DNA from: an uncultured Thermoplasmatales archaeon
Lineage (GTDB): Archaea > Thermoplasmatota > Thermoplasmata > Thermoplasmatales > GCA-001856825
Length of the DNA: 60,401 nucleotides
Assembly: GCA_964389625.1 (NCBI GenBank)
Contig: CAYMEF010000003.1
Span: 1-60,401, forward strand
Direction: 5' to 3'
Positions 48,631 through 58,145 of the stretch are shown here, piece by piece (position 1 is the stretch's first letter; every line of letters begins with the position of its first letter). A program made the position numbers and the translations under genes. The notes beneath the pieces were generated by a model. The model searched no databases. It was not told where the DNA came from and was given only the letters and a program-made list of their open reading frames with translations.

Positions 48631-49672
48631 GGCTTCTTCGAATATCGTTCAGGGACTCTTTAGAAAGTACTATGAAGGGATAGGATCATTCGGCATCAGG
48701 AGCGTGGAGAGGAGGGAACTTGCCTTCTCGTCGTTTGGTAAGCAGGGCATGATCCGCCACACCTCGTTCCGTAGTATGTCGGAACTCATCGAGTACGTAA
48801 GGAAGGACACGCCACTGCACTTCTATTACTCGAGTGCGTATTACGAGAGCCCGGAATCAACGATGGACAACAAGAAGTGGAAGGGGGCGGATCTAGTATT
48901 CGATATAGACGGCGACCACATAGAGGGTGCCGAAAAAATGGGATACGGCGAAATGCTGCTCCTTGTAAAAGAAGAACTCAAGAAGTTACTTGTCCTCCTC
49001 GTTGACGATCTGAGCGTAAACAAACGGGACCTGGAGGTCGTCTTCTCTGGAAGCAGAGGGTATCACGTTCACGTCTATTCTATCTTCGAGTCGCTTGAAT
49101 CTCAGGAGAGAAGAGAGATAGTCGACTACATCTCCGGCAGATGCGTCACTGCTGAGTTTAGGCCAACCGCTAAAACGAGATGGAACGAGAAGATCAACGC
49201 AGTCAAGGACTCCCTTCTCGAGATGGCTGCCAATGACAGGAAGTGGAAGGCTAGCATTGAGGAAGAGACGGGGGAACCCCTAGGAGGCTTGACCAAAAGG
49301 GATCTAAAGGGCAGCGACTACATCGACAGGAATGCCAGGAAGATTGCGGTGAAGAAGTATTCGTCAAGGATAGATGAACCAGTTACTATAGACATCCACA
49401 GACTGATACGCACTCCAGCTAGCCTACACGGGAAGTCCGGACTCATGGTCATGACACTATCTCCCGACAAGGTTGAAGAGTTCGATCCCCTGACAGAAGC
49501 AATACCCCCGATTTTCCAAGACAACTCGGAGGTGAACGTGACAAAGAGGATAAAGCTCGACTTTGAAGGTGCCAGGCACGAAGTCCAGGAAGGCTACACG
49601 TTACTCCCTACCTACGCTGCTCTCTTCGCCGTACTTAAGGGCTCTGCAGAATTTTCACCAGCTTCCAGATGA
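48623..49672 (+). CDS. priS: DNA primase small (catalytic) subunit
   Basis: RRELAF, YYSSAYY, ADLVFDID, FSGSRGYH, DEPVT.DIHRLIR.P.SLHGK. Confidence 0.94.
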   Translation: MNEASSNIVQGLFRKYYEGIGSFGIRSVERRELAFSSFGKQGMIRHTSFRSMSELIEYVRKDTPLHFYYSSAYYESPESTMDNKKWKGADLVFDIDGDHIEGAEKMGYGEMLLLVKEELKKLLVLLVDDLSVNKRDLEVVFSGSRGYHVHVYSIFESLESQERREIVDYISGRCVTAEFRPTAKTRWNEKINAVKDSLLEMAANDRKWKASIEEETGEPLGGLTKRDLKGSDYIDRNARKIAVKKYSSRIDEPVTIDIHRLIRTPASLHGKSGLMVMTLSPDKVEEFDPLTEAIPPIFQDNSEVNVTKRIKLDFEGARHEVQEGYTLLPTYAALFAVLKGSAEFSPASR

Positions 49673-49706
49673 AATATTTAATTAGTTTGTAAATATATCG
49701 AGGTCA

Positions 49707-49940
49707 ATGGGAGCCATTAGGCCAACACTAGTTAAGACAGTTGCAAGGCAGGTATACTATCAGTACGAGCAGTATCTGGGTAAAGATTTTGAACACAACA
49801 AGGAGATAGTCGACAAGGTCATACCCGATGCGTCAAAGAAGCTTAGGAACCTGGTGGCTGGCTACGTGACTACATACTGGAAGACAAAGAAGATACCAAA
49901 GAAGAGAAAGGAAGCAGAAGTCGAAGACTTTTCAATATAG
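49707..49940 (+). CDS. rps17e: 30S ribosomal protein S17e
   Basis: MG.IRP..VK..A, DFEHNK, SKKLRN.VAGYVT. Confidence 0.95.
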   Translation: MGAIRPTLVKTVARQVYYQYEQYLGKDFEHNKEIVDKVIPDASKKLRNLVAGYVTTYWKTKKIPKKRKEAEVEDFSI

Positions 49941-49942
49941 CA

Positions 49943-50707
49943 CTACTCGATTCCAAAAATTTTCTTCTTGGTGAAAATAAGCAGGGCAGACTTTTCTTTC
50001 TTTACTACCTCATTCATCAGATACCCTCTCTCCTCGAGGGAGATGATTGCCTTCCTAAGTGCAAGGCGCCACCTCTTCGCCAGTTCTGTGTTGTTGTTTC
50101 CCAGGTCGGATGGTACCTCTACCGAGAGCGATTCGCCCTTCACGTCTATCCCATTCCAAGGTTCCGGATAGTCCGTGATCACCGCAGCACTATCACACCT
50201 ATCCACTGTCACCTTCTGCCTGTTCAGGAATTTGTGAGCTTCTATCCTGTCCGATTCTACCCCCTCATTTTCCCTTGAGCCCATTATGCCGTAGTAGTTG
50301 ATCTTGTAGTCATAAGCGAACGCACCTAGCTTGTGGACATTGAAGAACGTGTTCCTTGTCTTCATTGGATCAAACGTCCACCTGACCTCTGAGTAACCCA
50401 TCCTCTTCGCTTCCTCAAACTGATGCATCTTTATAAGATACCCAACACTCTTGTTCCTGTACTCTTGCAGCACACCTGCCATGTGTGAGTACAGGTATCT
50501 GTAACCCCCCGAGACACCAGGAAATGCGAGGCTGAATCCCACTATCCTATTGTCCTCGATTGCAACCTCGACCAGCCCTCCGTTGGAGTTAAGGGCCACG
50601 AGGAGAGGAAGAGGAGTAGGGGGTTCATCGATCATCCCCCAAATGACACGCTGGATGCTTTCCACTGTTTTGTATTCATCTACCTTGTTAGCCTTCCTGA
50701 TTTCCAT
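49943..50707 (-). CDS. GNAT-family acyltransferase (COG3375-like)
   Basis: LYSHMAGV..EYRN..VG..IK..Q, WTFDP...RN..FN..KLGA, NYYG, SDR. Confidence 0.82.
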   Translation of the reverse strand: MEIRKANKVDEYKTVESIQRVIWGMIDEPPTPLPLLVALNSNGGLVEVAIEDNRIVGFSLAFPGVSGGYRYLYSHMAGVLQEYRNKSVGYLIKMHQFEEAKRMGYSEVRWTFDPMKTRNTFFNVHKLGAFAYDYKINYYGIMGSRENEGVESDRIEAHKFLNRQKVTVDRCDSAAVITDYPEPWNGIDVKGESLSVEVPSDLGNNNTELAKRWRLALRKAIISLEERGYLMNEVVKKEKSALLIFTKKKIFGIE

Positions 50708-50737
50708 AGCGCAGAAAATGCACGCCTGCTTAAATCC

Positions 50738-52534
50738 TTAACTGGAATCGTTCGATTTCAGCCTGTTTTTTACAGCGATTCCCCTCTGAAACTGTGTCAT
50801 TTCGTCCCTGTTGAGTATGGCCCTCCCGTAGGATAGAAAGGTGTCGTCTTTATCGACGATTATGACATCGTCGTGAGGCCTAATAGCGGGGTCTGCGTCC
50901 TCTACGAACTTCGCAAAAACGTTCTTTCCTTCCTTTATGAACTCTGTCACTTCTCTGTCTACGATCACTCTGTGTACTGGGTAATCGAAGCCGGAGTGTA
51001 GAAGTATGGCTCCCTCGTAATTGAGGCTGAACAATCCATCGGTTGCCCTCAGAGCAAGTATTGGTTTATCCTGGTAGAACACGCTCCGGATCTTCCCCGT
51101 GTTCCTGCTCCTCTGCAGCCTAACCTTGCTCCTGTCTATGAGTGAGAAGAGGCTCTTCCCAAACTGGTATTTGAATATGTAATCCACTTTGCCTAGAAGA
51201 AAATCTTCCCACTCCGGTCTTTCGAACTTTGTTATGTCCTTCGAACTTTCGTAATACTCTCCGGGGAAAAGCGACTGGGCAACCGGATAAGTTTCATCTA
51301 GGAATAGAGAGATCGTTCCAAACTGCGTCTTAACCATAGAGTCTGGACTCTCTGCGTAATAGGAATACGGCTTCTTTTCAATCTTCACTCCATCCACGTC
51401 CCTCACCGTTCTGGAGACAAAGCGCACAATGTCTGGTCTCTTCAGTGTCTCCTCTCCCGAGTAGAAGACGGGAGTCCTTCGAGATAGAGGCTCTGACTTT
51501 TCTAGAAATTCCTGGAATTCTAGGATCTTCCTGAATGCCTCAAGCAGGAGGGGGTGTGAGTGTGAGCGGTACTCCGCATAGTTCCACATGTTCTCGGACC
51601 TGATCTGTTGTCTGATGTTTTCGAGTTCCTTGACCGACACATACAGGTTGTGCTTACCTATGATCGTTGTCCGTACGTCTGACGTTTGTGACGCTAGTTC
51701 CTTTGCGGTATATCCGTCGAAGTATGGTGAAGGAGGAAGTTCGTCTGTGTAAGACTTAAGGTCAACAGTCCCCGTTTCAGTGAGTATCCTATCGTCCCTC
51801 GCATACTTGATGTACGCAGATGAATCGATCACGTCAACACCGATCAGGAATAGGATCGGAAAAAACATAGGATGACCCGCTCCAAAGGCATGGATAACGC
51901 CGTAACTTGGCAGGTGCATCTTTGAGGTCAGAACCGATTCTACCACGAGGGAATACATGTACCTCTCCATGAAGGGAACGATCCCTCCTATGGGGAAGTA
52001 TTCGCTATCCAGTGAACCCATCCTCATTGCACTCTTGAGTCTCAAGTCAGGATAGATGCCTCCCTGTATTGGTAAGGCAATATACTTGCCCGTCTCGGAT
52101 ATGGCTTCCTTGCCTCTGATATAGTTCTCCTCTATGTCGGCCTCTATCTGCTCCCTGGAATGGTCCATCTCCGAGAACTTGTCCCTGATGGTTATTATGT
52201 CCGATCGTACGCTTTCTTGATACCTGACCATCTCGATGTTCCCAGCGTTTAGCTCACCGTACATGTGCTCCTGGAACGTACCGGAGTCTGTCATCACAAG
52301 GCCTGGGAAATTCAAGAGGTCGTGGACGTCTTTCCCCTCCTGAAATCCACCCTTCTTCAGTATATACGAATTCGTTATAACTCCACCCAGCTTCAACTGC
52401 TTCACTACTGAAACCCATGGTTCTGGTTTGAAAGGGTGCAGAACGGGCAAGAGTGCTGGGGTTACAATTTTCCTGTTGTTTACTTCCAACTCTCCGATTC
52501 TAGCTAAACCATCCCTATGGAGAATCTGGAACAT
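50738..52534 (-). CDS. tgtA: Archaeosine tRNA-guanine(15) transglycosylase with PUA domain
   Basis: DGLARIG, TP.LLPV.HP, ITNSYI, MTDSGTFQ, PIQGG, HAFGAGHP, GVD..DS; C-terminal GKNVFAKFV PUA domain. Confidence 0.93.
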   Translation of the reverse strand: MFQILHRDGLARIGELEVNNRKIVTPALLPVLHPFKPEPWVSVVKQLKLGGVITNSYILKKGGFQEGKDVHDLLNFPGLVMTDSGTFQEHMYGELNAGNIEMVRYQESVRSDIITIRDKFSEMDHSREQIEADIEENYIRGKEAISETGKYIALPIQGGIYPDLRLKSAMRMGSLDSEYFPIGGIVPFMERYMYSLVVESVLTSKMHLPSYGVIHAFGAGHPMFFPILFLIGVDVIDSSAYIKYARDDRILTETGTVDLKSYTDELPPSPYFDGYTAKELASQTSDVRTTIIGKHNLYVSVKELENIRQQIRSENMWNYAEYRSHSHPLLLEAFRKILEFQEFLEKSEPLSRRTPVFYSGEETLKRPDIVRFVSRTVRDVDGVKIEKKPYSYYAESPDSMVKTQFGTISLFLDETYPVAQSLFPGEYYESSKDITKFERPEWEDFLLGKVDYIFKYQFGKSLFSLIDRSKVRLQRSRNTGKIRSVFYQDKPILALRATDGLFSLNYEGAILLHSGFDYPVHRVIVDREVTEFIKEGKNVFAKFVEDADPAIRPHDDVIIVDKDDTFLSYGRAILNRDEMTQFQRGIAVKNRLKSNDSS

Positions 52535-52577
52535 TTATCAATTCAGATCAAAAAAATTGGTTGTAGGTGAAAATCAC

Positions 52578-52859
52578 CTACTTCTTCAGGACGATTTCAA
52601 TAGAGGAAACGTTGCTCTCTCCGTTTTCTCTTTGGACCTTTTCGGTTGCGATCTTTATGTCTTGGTACGTGACCTTTGTCTTCATCATTGATTCCATTCT
52701 GTTCCTCACGATTTCCGCAACATCTACCGCCCTCTTTATTGCCATCCCCCTGGCTTTTATTGAAACCTCGCTTGCTCCGTTGGTAAAGAGCATTATTGTG
52801 CTAAAAACGTAGTTTTCGGTCGGCTTCTGTCCGATGAATATAGTGTTGTTATCTGCCAC
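52578..52859 (-). CDS. albA: Chromatin protein Alba
   Basis: IFIGQKP..NYV, IKARG.AI.RAVDVAE, NVSSIEIVL; GTG start at 52859 after an SD-like GGTGA. Confidence 0.95.
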   Translation of the reverse strand: MADNNTIFIGQKPTENYVFSTIMLFTNGASEVSIKARGMAIKRAVDVAEIVRNRMESMMKTKVTYQDIKIATEKVQRENGESNVSSIEIVLKK

Positions 52860-52961
52860 GCGTATCACCAGAATTGTCCAAGTATCAAATCATATATAAT
52901 TTTTGCTGTGGACTTCAGCTCGTGGGTGAAACACTTATATAAAAAAATCGAATGGATGAGA

Positions 52962-53156
52962 ATGGACAGGAAGTGTTCAAACTGTGGCACAGTTATGAAA
53001 GATATGGGAAACATGAAGTTCAGGATAGGTGGTTATTCGGGTATTGGCGGAATGTTCCTTGGAGGCTGGAACCAACTTGCGGAAGACACAAAGACTTTTG
53101 ATCTGATGAAGTGTGATAGCTGCGGAAAGATAGACTTCTACGAACCCACACCCTGA
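52962..53156 (+). CDS. Small Zn-ribbon protein
   Basis: CSNCG...CDSCGKIDFY; TATA (CTTATATAAA) ~25 nt upstream suggests a leaderless start at 52962. Confidence 0.75.
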   Translation: MDRKCSNCGTVMKDMGNMKFRIGGYSGIGGMFLGGWNQLAEDTKTFDLMKCDSCGKIDFYEPTP

Positions 53157-53330
53157 ATTACCCACTCGACACTAAAGTCGTTCGGCAGCATTCAAAGGGT
53201 GCCTGTAGGATGATTATTTCTCTTCGAACCTGATTGAGCGCTAAAAAGTCACGAATTTTGAGCAATCCTTTCGCGTCTTGATACAGTTTAATTATGATAA
53301 ATTATAAGTACAGATTTGCTCTTAGAATTT

Positions 53331-53549
53331 ATGCCAACGGATAAGAAATACACTACGGTTTCTCTACCGACGCCACTTTTCGAGAAGATTCAGGAGAAGA
53401 TCAGGGGAACCGGATTCACTTCCGTCAGTGACTACGTTACATTCGTTTTGAGAGAGATACTTACGCACGGAAGTGAACAGGAAGCTTTCAACGCAGAAGA
53501 CGAAAAGAAGGTCAAGGACAGACTGAGGTCTCTCGGATATCTGGACTGA
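53331..53549 (+). CDS. CopG/ribbon-helix-helix protein with C-terminal RLRSLGY tail
   Basis: YTTVSLP..LFEKI...GFTSVSDYVTFVLRE; ends EDEKKVKDRLRSLGYLD. Confidence 0.85.
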   Translation: MPTDKKYTTVSLPTPLFEKIQEKIRGTGFTSVSDYVTFVLREILTHGSEQEAFNAEDEKKVKDRLRSLGYLD

Positions 53550-53558
53550 GTGGATTAG

Positions 53559-54947
53559 ATGAGAGTTGCAGTCATCGGGCTCGATTGCGCAGCCCCGGAC
53601 ATAATATTTAACAAGCTGAGGGATCGCCTACCAAACCTTTCTAGAATGACGGCGGATGGAATCTCGGGCAAGCTGAGGAGCTGCGATCCACCCATAACAA
53701 TACCTGCCTGGATGGTGATGTCGACAGGCCGATCCCCTGGAGAACTGGGCCTGTACGGATTCAGGTCGAGAGTTCCAAATTCGTACAATCAGATAAAGAT
53801 CCCTTCCTCTAAAGACATCAAGTTTGACACTGTCTGGGACATCTTAGGGAAGAGGAACAAGAGGAGCATCATAATCGCCGTTCCTCCCTCCTACCCGCCG
53901 AAACCAATCCCTGGTCTCATGGTCACAGACTTTCTCACCCCAGACAAGAACAAGGAATTCACATACCCGCCCGGATTGAAGAACGACATCCTACGCGACT
54001 TCCCGGACTACCAGTTCGATGTTAAGTTCCGGAAGCCGGAGAAGAAGCAGATAATAGACGAGATATACAAGATGACGGACACGCGGTTCAGAATGGCGGA
54101 GAAGATGCTGGACGAAAAGCCCTGGGACTTCTTCTTCATGGTTGAGATAGGGATCGATAGGATTCATCACGCGTTCTGGAGGTACATTGACGAGGGGAGC
54201 CATCTATACGAGAACGATGAAGAGATGCGTGAGAAGTTCATCTCTTATTTCGAGATGGTAGACTCGCATATTGGCAAGATGTTAGAGAGATTCGATGATG
54301 AGACCGTTGTCTTGGTGGTATCGGACCACGGTGCCAAGGCGATGAAAGGTGCATTCGCGATCAACCAGTGGCTAATCAGGGAAGGGTACCTGAAACTTAA
54401 GGGAGGAATTCCCAAACAGGGTTCGTCGCTCGATGATCTTGACATCGACTGGACACAATCAAAGGCATGGGCGTGGGGAGGCTACTACGCTAGGGTATTC
54501 CTAAACATCAGGGGGAGGGAGCCGGAGGGCACGATCGAACCAAAGGATGTCAGGAAAGAACTCGATTCCCTAAAAAGGAAGATCCTCTCGATCAAGGGAC
54601 CGAATGGAGAAGAATGGAAAACGAAGGTGTTCGAGCCAGAGGAAGTCTACCAGGTGGTAAACGGGGATAGGTCAGATCTCTTTGTGTACCTTGACGATCT
54701 CAACTGGAGGACTGCTGGGACTCTGGGGTACGAAACCGATTATCTCTTGGAGAACGACACTGGACCTGACGATGCGGTGCATGACTACGACGGAATCTAC
54801 ATACTGTACAGGAAGAACAGGAAGATTGGGAAGGTAATAGACTCAAGCATTTTCAGGATTGCACCGACCATCCTGGAACTTTACAGGGTCAGGAAGACCT
54901 ATGGAATACAGGGCAAACCACTGGAGGGAGTCGATTATGTCAAATGA
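53559..54947 (+). CDS. Alkaline-phosphatase-superfamily (nucleotide pyrophosphatase/phosphodiesterase-like) protein
   Basis: IGLDCA, PPITIPAW..MSTG, DRIHH.FW, VSDHG, DDAVH. Confidence 0.88.
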   Translation: MRVAVIGLDCAAPDIIFNKLRDRLPNLSRMTADGISGKLRSCDPPITIPAWMVMSTGRSPGELGLYGFRSRVPNSYNQIKIPSSKDIKFDTVWDILGKRNKRSIIIAVPPSYPPKPIPGLMVTDFLTPDKNKEFTYPPGLKNDILRDFPDYQFDVKFRKPEKKQIIDEIYKMTDTRFRMAEKMLDEKPWDFFFMVEIGIDRIHHAFWRYIDEGSHLYENDEEMREKFISYFEMVDSHIGKMLERFDDETVVLVVSDHGAKAMKGAFAINQWLIREGYLKLKGGIPKQGSSLDDLDIDWTQSKAWAWGGYYARVFLNIRGREPEGTIEPKDVRKELDSLKRKILSIKGPNGEEWKTKVFEPEEVYQVVNGDRSDLFVYLDDLNWRTAGTLGYETDYLLENDTGPDDAVHDYDGIYILYRKNRKIGKVIDSSIFRIAPTILELYRVRKTYGIQGKPLEGVDYVK

Positions 54948-55464
54948 TAGTGGATACGTATTGTGGTTTACGGGTCCGCCTGGTGCGGGCAAGACTACAC
55001 TGGCTGAAAGGCTCAAAACAATTTTGGCTACTAACGACCAAAGGGTTGAAATCCTTGATGGAGACGAGATCAGAAAGGGCCTTTCGAGGGATCTTGGGTT
55101 CTCCAAAGAAGACCGGGAGAAACACAACGAACGCGTTATTTTCGTAGCGAAATTGCTAGCTAGAAACGGCGTCATAACGCTCGTACCATTGATATCTCCA
55201 TACAGGGCTGTGCGAGAGAAAGCAAGGCGGGAGATCCAGAATTTCGTGGAGGTATACGTTAGCTGTCCCCTAGATGTGCTGATCAAGAGGGATCCCAAGG
55301 GATTGTACAAGAAAGCACTCGCAGGGGAGATAACCAACTTGACCGGTCTTCAGGATCCTTACGAGGCTCCACTAAATCCAGAGATAACGCTGGATACGAG
55401 CAATCAGTCAGTAGAAGAGAGTGTCAACACTATACTCACCTATCTGAGGTCTAGGGGTACCTGA
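54937..55464 (+). CDS. cysC: Adenylyl-sulfate (APS) kinase
   Basis: WFTG.PGAGKTT, LDGD.IR, LGFSKEDR, ISPY, RDPKGLY.KA..GEI...TG..DPYE.P; start at ATG 54937. Confidence 0.94.
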   Translation: MSNDSGYVLWFTGPPGAGKTTLAERLKTILATNDQRVEILDGDEIRKGLSRDLGFSKEDREKHNERVIFVAKLLARNGVITLVPLISPYRAVREKARREIQNFVEVYVSCPLDVLIKRDPKGLYKKALAGEITNLTGLQDPYEAPLNPEITLDTSNQSVEESVNTILTYLRSRGT

Positions 55465-55556
55465 GTTCTAACTGATCAACACACCATCTGAACACCTGTC
55501 ACAGGGAGAGGCATCAGCAATACGATAGACGCTTTCGAGAACTAACAGCCCGCTCA

Positions 55557-56549
55557 TCAGAGTACTCTTCCACCGGTCGCCCTTCGGATCCTGTTCATGA
55601 TCGCCAGACCAATCCCTCTTTCATCAAACCCTTCGATTATCCCTGCTGGGTATTCACTGTGATCCAACTTTCTGAACGAAGGGAAAAGGTTTTTTGCTAT
55701 CTCATAGAGGTCTCTTTTGGACCCCAGTATGATGGACTCCGAATCTACCATTCCGGCTGTCTCTGAACTGCCTATGAACAGAGCATTCCTCCTCTTACAT
55801 TCGACGATCGCAGTTTCCTCGTCCCTAGCAAGGTAGAGTTCCTTCTCTGGAGCATAGTGCCTGTACTTCATTCCGGGAGAAACTGGAGTCTCAGCCGATT
55901 CGCCAGAGATCATGACCTTCATCCCAAATATTCCCTTGATTTCTTCAACAGAAAATGCACCCGGTCTGAGAACTATGATCCCATCGCCCTTGAACATGAT
56001 CACCGTCGACTCGACCCCAAAAGTGGCAATTCCGCCATCGATAATCATGTCTACCCGACCATCTAGGTCTTCATAAACCTCTGCCGCAGTCAAAGGGCTT
56101 GGACGACCTGATTTGTTCGCGCTAGGAGCCGCAATAGGCTTTCCGCTCTTCCTTATAAGTTCCTGTGCTACCCTGTGGGCAGGCATCCTGACCGCAACCG
56201 TCCCGAGTCCTGCAGTCGGAATCTCCCCCACATTTTTCTTTTCGAGTACAACTGTGAGTGGCCCGGGCCAGATTCGCTCGAACTTTTCTCTAGTCCCACG
56301 GGGAAGGCCCTGAGTGACATAATCGAGCTGTTCGAAGTCTGTTAAGTGTACGATGATTGGGTTGTCCTGCTGTCTTCCCTTTACCATGAAGATTTTCTTG
56401 CACGCAGTGTCATCCAGAGCATTGGCGCCCAGTCCATAGACTGTCTCCGTCGGGAAGGCAACAGTTCCGCCTTTCTTGAGGATCTCCGCTGCCTCGTTGA
56501 TCACAGTGGAGTCTGGCGATACCGGGTCTACCTTTCTGACGTTGTCCAT
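55557..56549 (-). CDS. sua5: Threonylcarbamoyl-AMP synthase Sua5
   Basis: VAFPTETVYGLGA, KGR..DNP.IVH, WPGPLT, AAPSAN.SG.PSP, PGMKYRHYAP, AIMNR. Confidence 0.95.
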   Translation of the reverse strand: MDNVRKVDPVSPDSTVINEAAEILKKGGTVAFPTETVYGLGANALDDTACKKIFMVKGRQQDNPIIVHLTDFEQLDYVTQGLPRGTREKFERIWPGPLTVVLEKKNVGEIPTAGLGTVAVRMPAHRVAQELIRKSGKPIAAPSANKSGRPSPLTAAEVYEDLDGRVDMIIDGGIATFGVESTVIMFKGDGIIVLRPGAFSVEEIKGIFGMKVMISGESAETPVSPGMKYRHYAPEKELYLARDEETAIVECKRRNALFIGSSETAGMVDSESIILGSKRDLYEIAKNLFPSFRKLDHSEYPAGIIEGFDERGIGLAIMNRIRRATGGRVL

Positions 56550-56585
56550 TTAGCCTCTATTGAGCGCTGTACTAAAAGCGTGACT

Positions 56586-58145
56586 CTAGAAATGGTCTCC
56601 CCTCTTGACGAAAAGTCTCAGGAATAAGAGTGAGATGAATGCATCAAGAACGATCGTGAGGGAGTACCCCTTGAGGTAGTCAGAAACGTGGAATGTTAGG
56701 ATGTATCGTGAACCCTCGAAAACGAGGGCATTGACTACTATTATGGGAACTGCTATGAGGAAAGTCTTTAGGAATATCTGTCTACCGCCTATTCCTTCCT
56801 GCGACAGCGAATAGACCTCGTTCGGAATGGCGTTGACCAGGTAACTTCCACCCGCAAACAGTACGGCAGTGAGTATGAGGGCAAAGAATGGGTAATTGAT
56901 TAGCAGGTATGATACAAGGTGCCTGTTTGCAAATGCAATAATGACCACCAGAGCTGCATAATAGACCATGCCAACGCCGAATATGGTGACCAGCTTCGAA
57001 AAGAGGAACTGCCTTCTAGTTATCGGCAGAGCCGAGAGGTGCCAGGCTGCCCTTCCCTCGAGTCCAACGAGAAGTATGAGATCTATCAGGAACACTGACG
57101 AGACGTATGGTACATAGAATGAGTACTGTAAGGAACTGGCAGTAGTGGAGAGCAGCTCCGGGACGATGGGGATTATGAATGTGATTGGCAACACCATTAT
57201 CATGATTGCACCCCTTCTCCTGAGAACTACCTTGAAGTCCTTGTCTATGAGAGAGCCGACTGGTTTCCTTAACCTCAAAGAGGGTCTTGTCTTTCGTTCC
57301 ATAGTTATGTCCGCAAATGTTTCCATCCTTTCTGTGAAACTTCTCTTCTGAAAAAATGAATAGGTGGGGTATACGAGCGCAAAGAACAACCCAAATGCTG
57401 CGAAGGGGTAGAGGGATAATGTAGTCAGGTACTGGGAAGTGACTGGTATGAAATAGTACAGGAACTGGGGGATCTTGATGTATGTCTGGTATGACTGATT
57501 TGTAGCAATTTCGATCGAGAGGATGAAAATAAAAAATATCAGAACTTGAAAGATCTGACCAAGGTACAGCCTCTTGGTTTTCCTGTTCGTGTTGGTCCTG
57601 ACAAATGTGACTCCCAGTAGCAGCGAAATCAACCTGGCAATGTAAATGAATAATACTGTGAAGAGAACAAATACTATGATTGGAATGGGGCTCCTCTGCC
57701 CGAGAGAAATTATGACTCCCGCTGGTAGTGTCACGAACGGGAGGTAGAATTCATTGTAGAGAAACAGGGAAAAGGGCACTATCCTCCGTTCCACCTTTAT
57801 TGGAAGCTGGGTCAATGGTGTCAGTAGCCTCATATCCCATATACCGCGGTAGAACTGCGTATCGCTCATTATTGCTAGAATCAGGAGGAGAAGAAACAGT
57901 ATGAAATAGTCGCCCGGAATCACGGACTTTGCTGCGATGCTGCCGTAGCCAAAAAAGACGGAAAGAGACCCGTAGATCATCGAGTTAACATATATGGAAG
58001 AACGGGCGTTACTCGCGAGGTATCTCTTAGCATCCTTGACGGATTCACTATCGCTCTTCTGGAACCTCGACGTGTTTTTAAGAAACTGGTACTTGAGTTC
58101 GGTATTCAACACCTTTGCCAGAAATAGGTCATTTTGCAATTTCAT
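56586..58145 (-). CDS. Polytopic membrane protein (ABC-2/exporter permease-like)
   Basis: ~12 TM in two halves, each with an L..LPI motif; KDFK..LR and LEG.AA motifs in the second half; no adjacent ATPase. Confidence 0.65.
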   Translation of the reverse strand: MKLQNDLFLAKVLNTELKYQFLKNTSRFQKSDSESVKDAKRYLASNARSSIYVNSMIYGSLSVFFGYGSIAAKSVIPGDYFILFLLLLILAIMSDTQFYRGIWDMRLLTPLTQLPIKVERRIVPFSLFLYNEFYLPFVTLPAGVIISLGQRSPIPIIVFVLFTVLFIYIARLISLLLGVTFVRTNTNRKTKRLYLGQIFQVLIFFIFILSIEIATNQSYQTYIKIPQFLYYFIPVTSQYLTTLSLYPFAAFGLFFALVYPTYSFFQKRSFTERMETFADITMERKTRPSLRLRKPVGSLIDKDFKVVLRRRGAIMIMVLPITFIIPIVPELLSTTASSLQYSFYVPYVSSVFLIDLILLVGLEGRAAWHLSALPITRRQFLFSKLVTIFGVGMVYYAALVVIIAFANRHLVSYLLINYPFFALILTAVLFAGGSYLVNAIPNEVYSLSQEGIGGRQIFLKTFLIAVPIIVVNALVFEGSRYILTFHVSDYLKGYSLTIVLDAFISLLFLRLFVKRGDHF

